Below are positions 49,222 through 58,166 of a stretch of DNA of 64,000 nucleotides, in pieces (position 1 is the stretch's first letter; every line of letters starts with the position of its first letter). Source of the DNA: Candidatus Omnitrophota bacterium (GTDB taxonomy: Bacteria; Omnitrophota; Gorgyraeia; 2-01-FULL-45-10); contig JAPLME010000007.1 of assembly GCA_026387175.1 (NCBI GenBank), forward strand, positions 64,487-128,486. Reading direction: 5' to 3'. The position numbers were made by a program, and so were the translations under genes. The notes beneath the pieces are model-generated. The model ran no database searches. It was given only the letters and a program-made list of their open reading frames with translations, and was not told where the DNA came from.

Positions 49222-52200
49222 CGGATGCCTCCGAGAGATCAGTCTTCGCCTCTACCCTGGAAGCGTTCAGGATGCGTTTGTATTCCATCGGCATTACTTT
49301 CACGAAATGGCGGCTGGCTGATTTGAAGTTTTCAAGTATCCCCTTCGCCAGCGTGCTCTTTGAGTATCTATAATGATTGGCCAGGAGTCCCTTTAAGGCT
49401 ATCTCATCCTCCTTATTGATCTTTTCCAGGACGACCATTTCCATGTTGCATTTATTTTTAAAATCCCCATCGATATCATATACGTAGGCCATGCCTCCCG
49501 ACATGCCCGCGCCGAAATTGCGGCCGGTCCTGCCGAGCACGACCACCTTACCGCCCGTCATATATTCGCAGCCGTGATCGCCCAGGCCTTCTACTACCGT
49601 CAATAGGCCCGAGTTTCGTATACAGAACCTCTCGCCCGCGACTCCCCTGATATAGGCCTCGCCGGTTATCGCTCCATAGAAAGCGGTATTCCCTATTATG
49701 ATATTTTCTTCCGGTACGTAATCGGTGTTCCTGTCCGGATAAATAATTATTTTGCCGCCCGAGATCCCCTTACCCACATAGTCGTTTGCCATGCCTTCAA
49801 GCTCGAAGGTGATGCCTGAGGCCAGCCATGCTCCAAAGCTTTGGCCCGCCGTGCCTTTAAATTTACAGCGAAGGGTATCTTCCGGCAGGCCCTGCTCACC
49901 GTGGATTCCGCAGAGCCTGCCGCTCAAGGCCGCCCCTGTGGTCCTGTTTATATTTTTAATATTCATTTCTATCCTGGCCTTCGTGCCTTTTTTAATAGCG
50001 TCTTCCAGCATATCGTTCAGCTCTAGATCGAGAATTTTATCGATTCCATGGTCCTGCTTTATTGTGCAATGGGTCGATACTCTTTCCGGTGAGTCAGGCT
50101 TGAATAATATTTTGGAAAAGTCTATGTTTTTTGCCTTAGGCGGCAGGATATCATTATTGACTTCCAGGAGATCTGTCCGGCCTATCATTTCATCGATTGT
50201 CCTGATGCCGAGGGACGCCATTATTTCGCGTAATTCGCCCGCGACGAAATGGAAGAAATTGATCACATATTCAGGGCGGCCCTGAAACTTTCTTTCCAGT
50301 ATCTCGTCCTGCGTCGCCACTCCGACCGAACAGTTATTCAGGTGGCAGTGTCTCAGCATTACACATCCGGATATTATCAATGCGGCGGTGCAGAATCCGT
50401 ATTCCTCCGCGCCTAAGAGCGCCGCGATAGCTACGTCCCTCCCTGTTCTCATCTGTCCATCCGTCTGCAGTCTCACGCGGCTCCGGAGGTCGTTGAGCAC
50501 AAGCGTCTGGTGTGTTTCTGACAGGCCGAGCTCCCATGGCGCGCCTGCATGTTTTATGGAGCCTAAAGGCGACGCGCCTGTTCCGCCGTCGCCTCCGGAG
50601 ATGAGTATCATATCGGCATGGCCTTTTGCGACGCCGGCAGCTACGGTACCTACACCCACTTCTGAAACCAGTTTAACGCTTATGCGGGCGCGCGGATTCA
50701 CGTTCTTTAAGTCGAAGATCAATTGCGCCAGGTCTTCAATGGAATAGATGTCGTGGTGCGGCGGCGGCGATATCAACGTCACGCCCGGCGTCGTGTACCG
50801 TGTACGGGCGATAATCGCGCTCACCTTATGTCCTGGCAATTGCCCGCCTTCGCCGGGCTTGGCGCCCTGTGCTATCTTTATCTGAAGCTCGTCCGCGTTG
50901 ACCAGGTAATTAGTAGTGACCCCGAACCTGCCGGAAGCGACCTGCTTTATTGCGCTTCTGGTAGAGTCGCCGTTTGGCAGTGGAATAAACCGTGCCGGAT
51001 CCTCTCCGCCTTCACCGGTATTCGACTTTCCGCCTATCCTGTTCATCGCGATGGCGAGGGTCTCGTGCGCCGCTTTTGAGATCGATCCGAAACTCATTGC
51101 GCCGGTCGCGAATCGCTTGAATATAACCTCAGCGGGCTCGACCTCTTCGATTGGAATAGGTTTGCCGGAATATTTAAATTTAAGAAGGCTTCTCAATGTC
51201 GTCGGATTGCCCGATTGGTTATTTACCAGAGCGGCGAATTCGCTGTATTTTTTATAATCGTTTTTTCTAGTCGCGTCCTGCAAGGCCGCGATCGTATCCG
51301 GGTTCCACAGATGGAATTCACCGTCCCTCTTCCACTGGTATGCGCCTCCGGGGCTAAGATATGGAGCATTAACAATGAACGCAGGATACGCCTCTCCGTG
51401 CTTCAGAAGCGTCTCTCTGGCGATTTCACCGAAACCGGCGCCGCCTATACGCGAAACAGTTCCTGAGAAGCATTTATCGATTATTTCATTATTTAACCCA
51501 ATCGCTTCGAATATCTGGGAGCCTCTATAGCTCTGCAGTGTCGAGATGCCCATCTTCGAAAGCACCTTGAGTATGCCGTGATACAGCGCCTTACGGTAAT
51601 TTTTCAAGGCTTTCTTGGCGTTTATAGTTATCTCTGAGTTCTGCGCCATGTTCCTTATGGCCTCATATGACAGGTATGGGTTTACGCAGTCCGCTCCGTA
51701 GCCGAATAGAAGCGCGAAATGGTGCACCTCTCTTGGTTCACCGCTTTCTATGATAATGCCTATTTGAGTCCTGAGGAATTTTCTCACTAAATGGTGATGC
51801 ACCGCCCCGGCGGCCAATAATGAAGGCAGCGCCGCATTATCTTTATCGACCCCTCTGTCGCTCAGGATAATAAAGCTGTATCCGTTCTTTATGGCGCTTT
51901 CAGCTTCTTTGCATACCTTATCGATAGTTTTGACAAAATTCTTTTCGTTCGAAGGGTTAAATAGAAGCGGTATCGTCTTCGTGCGGAAACCGTTCTGCCT
52001 GATATTGCGGATCTTCTCAAGGCCCTCATCCGTCAATATCGGTTCTTTGATATGAAGCTTATGGCAATGTTCCGGCGTTTCGCTCAGGATATTTCTCTGA
52101 GGGCCGATAAAGCTTTCCAGACTCATCACGCATTCTTCTCTTATCGGATCTATCGCGGGGTTCGTTACCTGCGCGAAGAGTTGTTTAAAATAAGTGAAGA

Positions 52201-53746
52201 GAAGCTGGGGTTTATTGGAAAGAATAGCGTGAGGTGTGTCATTCCCCATTGAGCCGACGGGCTCCTTTCCTTCCTCAGACATCGGTTTTAAAATAAATTT
52301 CATATCATCTCGCGTATAGCCGAAGGCCTTTAGCGTTTTAAGAAGGGGTTCTTTATATCTCTTCGGTTTTTTAATGTTTGTAACGTCGGCAAGTTCCACG
52401 AGATTTGATTTAAGCCATTTCCCGTAAGGTTTCCTCCCGGCCATCTCTTCCTTAATTTCCCCGTCATTGACGATCCTCCCTTTTTCGGTATCAATGAAGA
52501 GTATCTTGCCGGGTTCCAACCTGCCGGAGATAAGAATGTCCGCAGGAGCTATATCTAGGACACCGACCTCCGATGCCATCACGACGATCTCTTTCTTGGT
52601 GACTATATACCGCGCAGGCCTCAGCCCGTTCCTGTCTAGGAGCGCGCCGATGCTCGTTCCATCGGTGAAGGCCATTGCGGCCGGGCCATCCCACGGCTCC
52701 ATCAGGCAGGAATGATATTTATAGAAATCGACATGGCTCCTGCTCATAAGGGCATTCCCTTCCCATGCGCTCGGGATCAGCATCATCATCGCGTGAGGAA
52801 GAGATCTCCCGGAGAGTACCAGCAGCTCAAAGACATTATCGATTGTAGCTGAGTCGCTGCCACCGGGGACTATTACGGGATATAGCTTCTTTATGTCTTT
52901 ACCGAATAGCTCGCTTTCCAGCAGTTTCTCTCTCGCCTTCATCCAGTTTATATTGCCGCGCAGCGTATTGATCTCTCCGTTGTGGGCGAGGAACCTGAAT
53001 GGCTGCGACAGGTCCCATGTCGGGAAAGTGTTGGTGCTGTATCGGGAATGGACGAGGCAGATGGCGCTCTTAACGAGCGGGCTTTTCAAGTCCGGAAAAA
53101 AATTTTCAACCTGGTTGGGCATTAACAGCCCTTTATAAGAAAATGTTCTGGACGATAGATTTGTGATATAGAAAAAAGATCTCTGCGCGATGGCCGAAGA
53201 ACGCACAGAATTCTCGACCCTTTTTCTTATAATATAAAGCTTGCGTTCAAACTCGAGGATGTCTTTGATCTTTTCATTTTTCGCAATAAATACCTGCTCG
53301 ATCCCGGGTTCCGTCTCTTTTGCCGTATGCCCGATATCGGAATTATCTACGGGCACCTTTCTCCAGCCAAGCAGTGTCTGGCCCTCTTCCTTGATAACTT
53401 TTCTGAAAAGCTCTTTACAGAATGTGCCTGCGGCCTTATCCGTAGGAAGGAATACGAGCCCTGTGCCGTAACTGCCTCTTGACGGCAGTTCTATATTGCA
53501 AGCTAGGCAGGACTTCTTGAAGAATTCATGAGGGATCTGGATCAATATCCCGGCGCCGTCGCCTGTCTTGGGGTCCGCCCCCGTTGCGCCTCGATGAGCG
53601 AGGCGGTTTAAGACCTCGAGTCCTTGCTTCACTATCGTATTTGACGACTTGCCTTTAATATTACAGACAAATCCCACCCCGCACGCATCATGCTCGAAAC
53701 GCGGATCGTACAATCCTTGCGCGGGTGGTAAATGTTTATACTGCAT
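49214..53746 (-). CDS. gltB: Glutamate synthase large subunit
   Basis: 1510 aa. An N-terminal class-II amidotransferase (MQYK...HDACGVGFV, Cys1-type), a central FMN domain with a 3Fe-4S cluster, and a C-terminal GXGXG beta-helix. Confidence 0.9.
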   Translation of the reverse strand: MQYKHLPPAQGLYDPRFEHDACGVGFVCNIKGKSSNTIVKQGLEVLNRLAHRGATGADPKTGDGAGILIQIPHEFFKKSCLACNIELPSRGSYGTGLVFLPTDKAAGTFCKELFRKVIKEEGQTLLGWRKVPVDNSDIGHTAKETEPGIEQVFIAKNEKIKDILEFERKLYIIRKRVENSVRSSAIAQRSFFYITNLSSRTFSYKGLLMPNQVENFFPDLKSPLVKSAICLVHSRYSTNTFPTWDLSQPFRFLAHNGEINTLRGNINWMKAREKLLESELFGKDIKKLYPVIVPGGSDSATIDNVFELLVLSGRSLPHAMMMLIPSAWEGNALMSRSHVDFYKYHSCLMEPWDGPAAMAFTDGTSIGALLDRNGLRPARYIVTKKEIVVMASEVGVLDIAPADILISGRLEPGKILFIDTEKGRIVNDGEIKEEMAGRKPYGKWLKSNLVELADVTNIKKPKRYKEPLLKTLKAFGYTRDDMKFILKPMSEEGKEPVGSMGNDTPHAILSNKPQLLFTYFKQLFAQVTNPAIDPIREECVMSLESFIGPQRNILSETPEHCHKLHIKEPILTDEGLEKIRNIRQNGFRTKTIPLLFNPSNEKNFVKTIDKVCKEAESAIKNGYSFIILSDRGVDKDNAALPSLLAAGAVHHHLVRKFLRTQIGIIIESGEPREVHHFALLFGYGADCVNPYLSYEAIRNMAQNSEITINAKKALKNYRKALYHGILKVLSKMGISTLQSYRGSQIFEAIGLNNEIIDKCFSGTVSRIGGAGFGEIARETLLKHGEAYPAFIVNAPYLSPGGAYQWKRDGEFHLWNPDTIAALQDATRKNDYKKYSEFAALVNNQSGNPTTLRSLLKFKYSGKPIPIEEVEPAEVIFKRFATGAMSFGSISKAAHETLAIAMNRIGGKSNTGEGGEDPARFIPLPNGDSTRSAIKQVASGRFGVTTNYLVNADELQIKIAQGAKPGEGGQLPGHKVSAIIARTRYTTPGVTLISPPPHHDIYSIEDLAQLIFDLKNVNPRARISVKLVSEVGVGTVAAGVAKGHADMILISGGDGGTGASPLGSIKHAGAPWELGLSETHQTLVLNDLRSRVRLQTDGQMRTGRDVAIAALLGAEEYGFCTAALIISGCVMLRHCHLNNCSVGVATQDEILERKFQGRPEYVINFFHFVAGELREIMASLGIRTIDEMIGRTDLLEVNNDILPPKAKNIDFSKILFKPDSPERVSTHCTIKQDHGIDKILDLELNDMLEDAIKKGTKARIEMNIKNINRTTGAALSGRLCGIHGEQGLPEDTLRCKFKGTAGQSFGAWLASGITFELEGMANDYVGKGISGGKIIIYPDRNTDYVPEENIIIGNTAFYGAITGEAYIRGVAGERFCIRNSGLLTVVEGLGDHGCEYMTGGKVVVLGRTGRNFGAGMSGGMAYVYDIDGDFKNKCNMEMVVLEKINKEDEIALKGLLANHYRYSKSTLAKGILENFKSASRHFVKVMPMEYKRILNASRVEAKTDLSEASDG

Positions 53747-53771
53747 AAACTGATCCTAATTTAATTATGAT

Positions 53772-53804
53772 AAAAACGCCTTCCTGAAGAAGAAAGGCGT
53801 TTTT
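53772..53804. terminator. Symmetric (bidirectional) hairpin terminator between glnN and gltB
   Basis: AAAAACGCCTT-N10-AAGGCGTTTTT is an 11-bp stem whose A/T runs form the U-tract in either orientation. Confidence 0.55.
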
Positions 53805-53820
53805 ATCTGTTATCTTAGCC

Positions 53821-56013
53821 CTACTTAATAAAAAGCATCTCTCTGTATTTCGGCAGATCCCAGTGCTCGTCCGGCACTACCCTCTCCAGATCGTCGACAT
53901 GCTTTCGTATGTGCTCCATCAAAGGCTTCAGCTCATTGAAATAAAGCTTGGCCTTTTTCTCATGGCCTATCGTGTTTGCCTTTTCGAGCAGTTTTACCAG
54001 CGCGGCGGTATTGCGCCGTACATAGTATATCTTAGCTACGACCTCCGCCAGATGCTCTTTCTGGTCTTTAAGTGCCGCTTCGTCTACCTTTAGAGCGGCA
54101 TCTTTCTTCAATCGAACTACCTTTAATAGATTGTCCGCCAGCATCTCTTCGTATTCCATACTGGCAGGAACAACGGTTGAATTCACCATCTCATTCAGGG
54201 TGTTTGCCTCGATCTCGATCATCGTATCATAGGTATGCACCCATATATGGTAGCGCGCGATTATCTCTTCGGCCGAGAAGACTTTGTATTTCTCGAATAA
54301 GGCGATATTCTTTTTATCCGCGAGCGCCTTCAGGGCTTCGCATGTCGAAGCGACATTGGGGAGGCCTCTTTTCTTGGCCTCCTTCAGCCATTCCTCGGCA
54401 TAATTGTTTCCCTCGAAACGGATATCTTTGGTCTCTTTAGCTATTTTGGCGATCACGCGCAAGGCCGCTGTATTGAAATCTTTGCCGCTCGAAGCTTTTC
54501 TTATCTCCTCAGCTACGTAATCAAGCGAATCGGCAATAATAGTATTCACCATCGTAGCCGGCGTAGATATGTTCTGGGACGACCCGACAGCCCTAAACTC
54601 GAATTTTGCCCCGGTAAACGCGAAGGGCGAAGTGCGGTTTCTGTCGGTCGTATCCTTATTGAATCTGGGCAGCCTTGCCACGCCCAGATCTATGATGTCC
54701 CTTTTTGAGACCTTATTCTTCGAGCCCTTCTCTATCATATTGAGAATGGCGTTCAGCTGGTCACCGAGATATACGCTTATGATCGCCGGGGGCGCTTCGT
54801 TCGCGCCTAACCTGTGCTCGTTACCCGCAAGGGCGACGCTTGCCCTTAAGAGATCCGCGTGTAGATATACCGCCCGCAATACCGCCACCAGCACCGCCAG
54901 AAACTGCAGATTGTCTTCCGGCGTGTCACCTGGGTTGAGAAGGTTATTACCCTTATCATCGGCAAGCGACCAATTCAAGTGTTTGCCGCTGCCATTGATC
55001 CCCGCGAACGGTTTTTCATGCAAGAGACATACCAGATTATGCCGTAATGCCACTTTCTTCATGATCTCCATCAAGAGCAGGTTGTGGTCCGTTGCTATAT
55101 TCGATTCCTCGAATACAGGCGCGAACTCATATTGATGCGGCGCTACCTCATTGTGCCTGGTCATCACAGGTATGCCGAGCTTGTAGGCCTCTTCAGCCAC
55201 TTCAAACATGTAGTTCACCACGCGTTCTTTGATAGCGCCGAAATACTGGTCTTCCAGCTGCTGCCCTTTCGGAGACGACGCTCCAACGAGCGTGCGTCCG
55301 GTCATTATAAGGTCCGGCCTCAGGTTATAGTAATTCTTATCGATCAGAAAATATTCCTGCTCCGGCCCGCAGGTAGATACCACCTTTTTCACGTCCTTGT
55401 GCCCGAAAAGCTTCAATAAATTTACGGCGGCTTTACTGAGCGCTTCATCCGAACGCAGAAGCGGCAATTTTTTGTCAAGGGCTTCGCCATTATAGGAGAT
55501 GAAGATGGTCGGTATGCAGAGAGTCTTGCCGAGAGCTGCTTCTATGATGAATGCCGGGCTCGAAGGGTCCCATGCCGTATATCCGCGGGCCTCAAATGTG
55601 GCGCGGATACCGCCTGATGGGAAGGAACTTGCGTCCGGCTCGCCCTGGATAAGTTTATTACCGGAGAACTTCTCTATCACCACCCCCGGTGAGGTTATCG
55701 ATATGAAGCTGTCGTGCTTTTCCGCCGTGAGCCCGGTCATCGGCTGGAACCAATGCGTGTAGTAGGTTGCGCCTTTAGAGATCGCCCAGTCTTTCATCTT
55801 ATCGGCGATCTCGTTCGCCTGCTCGATCGTTATCGTTACGCCTTCCGTCATCCAGCGTTTAAACGCCTTGAACGTGCTTTCGGAGATATATTTCTTCATG
55901 GACTCCACATTGAAAGTGTTCTCTCCGAAATACGAGGATACCTTCTTAGGAATCGCTACCTTTTCGAGCTCAGGACCTTTTACTCTGAATAATGCTTTCT
56001 GTCTGATTGCCAT
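53821..56013 (-). CDS. glnN: Glutamine synthetase type III
   Basis: A ~730-aa GS with the GSIII-type N-terminus (MAIRQKALFRVKGPELEKV...). The start is set at the internal ATG 56011-56013, which has GGAGG 6 nt upstream. The longer ORF-track start simply translates the upstream repeat. Confidence 0.8.
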   Translation of the reverse strand: MAIRQKALFRVKGPELEKVAIPKKVSSYFGENTFNVESMKKYISESTFKAFKRWMTEGVTITIEQANEIADKMKDWAISKGATYYTHWFQPMTGLTAEKHDSFISITSPGVVIEKFSGNKLIQGEPDASSFPSGGIRATFEARGYTAWDPSSPAFIIEAALGKTLCIPTIFISYNGEALDKKLPLLRSDEALSKAAVNLLKLFGHKDVKKVVSTCGPEQEYFLIDKNYYNLRPDLIMTGRTLVGASSPKGQQLEDQYFGAIKERVVNYMFEVAEEAYKLGIPVMTRHNEVAPHQYEFAPVFEESNIATDHNLLLMEIMKKVALRHNLVCLLHEKPFAGINGSGKHLNWSLADDKGNNLLNPGDTPEDNLQFLAVLVAVLRAVYLHADLLRASVALAGNEHRLGANEAPPAIISVYLGDQLNAILNMIEKGSKNKVSKRDIIDLGVARLPRFNKDTTDRNRTSPFAFTGAKFEFRAVGSSQNISTPATMVNTIIADSLDYVAEEIRKASSGKDFNTAALRVIAKIAKETKDIRFEGNNYAEEWLKEAKKRGLPNVASTCEALKALADKKNIALFEKYKVFSAEEIIARYHIWVHTYDTMIEIEANTLNEMVNSTVVPASMEYEEMLADNLLKVVRLKKDAALKVDEAALKDQKEHLAEVVAKIYYVRRNTAALVKLLEKANTIGHEKKAKLYFNELKPLMEHIRKHVDDLERVVPDEHWDLPKYREMLFIK

Positions 56014-56022
56014 AATTCCTCC

Positions 56023-56126
56023 AAGTTTATTCATCCATATTACAGGCTGAGTGCCGATATCCTTGATATCGGCCAAGTTTATTAAGCCGTATTGTAGACT
56101 AAGTGCCGATGTCTCTGACATCGGCC
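56023..56126. repeat. Second tandem pair of the GATATC-palindrome double-hairpin repeat, directly upstream of glnN
   Basis: Unit C spans 56023-56074 and unit D spans 56075-56126. They have the same architecture and ~80-90% identity to 36448-36549 (AGTTTATT.AGCC.TA.TGTAG.CTAAGTGCCGAT.TC...GA.ATCGGCC). Confidence 0.85.
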
Positions 56127-56299
56127 TTTAAAGTGTAAATAAAAAACGTTCGTTTCTCCCCTTTATCTCTTAAAGAAAATATCGGGTCGCCTCGAACGTC
56201 GATGTTCTTATCATTTTATTTTATCTGCTGTTATTGGCACTTCTCTGTGCCCGAAAATCGTACCACACTCTCCGTGATTGTGCAAGCACATTAATAGCG

Positions 56300-56677
56300 T
56301 TATGCTATTTTCCATTTGCCTGCATTGATGCCCAGCCTTTTTATCTTCACCCGCATCGTATTTCGGTTTATGCCCAATATTCGCGCGGCCTTCAGTTGGT
56401 TGCCGTCGGTTCTCTTCAGGGCGCGTTCGATAAGCGGTCTCTCGATCTTTTCCAGTATCGCTTTATAGATCGCGCCGCGCTTTTCTTCATACAGCAGGCC
56501 CTCCATTTCGATGATTTTTTCTTCCAGGGAATCGATTGAAACTGCGTCATCATCTTTATGAGCGTGAATTACGCCGTTACCAACGCTTCCTGATATCAGA
56601 TACCCTTTTTCTTTCAGCAATTGCGCTAAAAGTCCGCTTACTTTCTTTTCACAACTTGACGCCGTGATAGTTATCAT
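56300..56677 (-). CDS. Small Fis-family HTH DNA-binding protein (NtrC C-terminal-like) with a ~55-aa N-terminal domain
   Basis: C-terminal HTH_8 pattern GNQLKAARILGINRNTMRVKIKRLGI. Confidence 0.6.
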   Translation of the reverse strand: MITITASSCEKKVSGLLAQLLKEKGYLISGSVGNGVIHAHKDDDAVSIDSLEEKIIEMEGLLYEEKRGAIYKAILEKIERPLIERALKRTDGNQLKAARILGINRNTMRVKIKRLGINAGKWKIA

Positions 56678-57369
56678 ATCCCCCTTTCGTCGGCGATCCT
56701 AATAAAATTGCCGTACAGCAGCGCCGCGTGTTTTTTATAGGCCTTTTCTATCCGTCTATATCGTTCGAGAAACCCGTTCTTATCGACTTTAAACGGAGAT
56801 GCTTCGCACCATTCTTCGATCATCCGCATTGTCATCTCGGGATGGAATTGAATTGCCCACGCGCATTCACCTATGCGGGCTGCCTGGTTCGGGCATATCT
56901 CGGAATAGGCGAGCGAAGTTCCATTCCGCGGAATATCGAACATATCTTCATGCCAGTGAAATGTTTCGACCAGATGCGGCAGGCCGCTAAAAAAGGGATC
57001 TGAATCTGCCTCTTTAGCGAGGCGCACCGGATGCCAGCCAATCTCTATTTCATCGGCCTTGAGCACTTTGGCGCCCATGCATTTGACCAACAACTGCGCG
57101 CCAAGGCATATCCCAAGGGTCGGTATTTCATGCTCGATCGCGCCTCTTAAAAATTCATCCTCGAGGGCCAAAAACGGATAGCGTTCTTCTTCATAGACGT
57201 TCATCGGCCCGCCGAGAGATACGATCGCCTTACAATCGTCGAGAGCGGGAAGTTTGCCCGTCTCCCCCGGTTCGACGACCCTGAAAGGACGGCCTGTTGC
57301 GATCAAGTGTTCTTCGAGCGTACCTGCGCCTTCTATCTTCTCATGCTTGACGACCAGTATTGTGCGCAT
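56674..57369 (-). CDS. Class I glutamine amidotransferase (GATase1) domain protein
   Basis: Catalytic Cys in GICLGAQLL and His in IQFHPE. There is a 4-nt overlap with the downstream HTH gene. Confidence 0.7.
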   Translation of the reverse strand: MRTILVVKHEKIEGAGTLEEHLIATGRPFRVVEPGETGKLPALDDCKAIVSLGGPMNVYEEERYPFLALEDEFLRGAIEHEIPTLGICLGAQLLVKCMGAKVLKADEIEIGWHPVRLAKEADSDPFFSGLPHLVETFHWHEDMFDIPRNGTSLAYSEICPNQAARIGECAWAIQFHPEMTMRMIEEWCEASPFKVDKNGFLERYRRIEKAYKKHAALLYGNFIRIADERGI

Positions 57370-57524
57370 ATGACAACAATTTCCGTTAGATCTACTGTAC
57401 GCAAAAGGTGTTCAAGCCGGTCAACCGCATTAACCAGACTCGAACGCCTATGTTCGCTTTAATCATGCTTAACTAAGCACTGCGACGTGCCTAAAAACTA
57501 TACAATGTTACAAGTACTAACAGT

Positions 57525-58055
57525 TCAATTTTGGTAACCGATATTGTTCCTTAAGAGCCTTATTTTACTCTTAAGCCGGGAACGGATCTTGACCACCATC
57601 ACGTGAGAGATGTTGAGCCGTTTGCCGATCTCTCTTACCGTAAGCCCGTCATACGAGAGCTCTAGCACTTCCCTTTCCCGCGCATCCATATTCTCTCCTG
57701 CGGATTCTCTCAACAGCCTCTCGTCGACATCTTTTGCTATATTTTGCGAATTATCCGGTATCAGATTTTCGAGAGAAGTGTCATCATTTTCCGAAAATTC
57801 GTTAAAACTTGTAAAGGCCGCCTTATCGACCGCTGTGCGAATATAGTTCTTAAGGTAAAAGTAGCATCCTTGGAGTATGTAGCTATCCGTCTTGCCGGAA
57901 AGGCTGCCATTGGCAAACGTTACCCATAAATGAGCGAGCGCCTCTTGGAATAGGTCATCGTCATTGAAGAACGTGAAGCGCCCGTTAAGCCTGTGCGCTA
58001 TCCCGCGTAAGCGCGGCGACAGCCTCTTTAACATATCTTCAAAATTTTTATACAT
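57525..58055 (-). CDS. ECF-type sigma-70 family RNA polymerase sigma factor
   Basis: Region 2 (LFQEALAHLWVTF) and region 4 HTH (LTVREIGKRLNISHVMVVKIRSRLKSK). The start is taken at the ATG that has GAGGTG 7 nt upstream, because the ORF-track start is TTG. Confidence 0.7.
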   Translation of the reverse strand: MYKNFEDMLKRLSPRLRGIAHRLNGRFTFFNDDDLFQEALAHLWVTFANGSLSGKTDSYILQGCYFYLKNYIRTAVDKAAFTSFNEFSENDDTSLENLIPDNSQNIAKDVDERLLRESAGENMDAREREVLELSYDGLTVREIGKRLNISHVMVVKIRSRLKSKIRLLRNNIGYQN

Positions 58056-58079
58056 ATAGATCACCTCGATCAAATAAAA

Positions 58080-58116
58080 AAGCCCTTTTGCGCGCTCTAA
58101 TGCGCTAAAAGGGCTT
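58080..58116 (-). terminator. Rho-independent terminator downstream of nadE
   Basis: A 10-bp stem AAGCCCTTTT / AAAAGGGCTT, followed on the minus strand by TTTTTATTTG. Confidence 0.6.
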
Positions 58117-58166
58117 CCTCGCTCTTTACGGCTATTTCTCAGCTATGAGATATGGCTGCAAGCTTC

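Noticed and set aside
56014-56121. Longer glnN start (ORF-track start at 56121) adding 36 N-terminal residues
   Set aside because: The extension is simply the translation of repeat units C and D (the same residues, ADIRDIGT-like, appear at the atpB end). The downstream ATG at 56013 has a GGAGG SD at ideal spacing and begins a GSIII-like N-terminus.
56130-56300. Sigma-54 promoter (TGGCAC-N5-TTGCA) upstream of glnN
   Set aside because: TGGCAC-like sequences exist but are on the wrong strand, or have GG/GC spacing off by one. No match with canonical spacing was found on the glnN strand.
57370-57524. tRNA-like T-arm sequence (ggtgttcaagcc / ttcgagtct) and a 3' ...CCA in the intergenic region
   Set aside because: No acceptor or T-stem complementarity could be built around it. 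It is probably a chance resemblance inside a promoter region.
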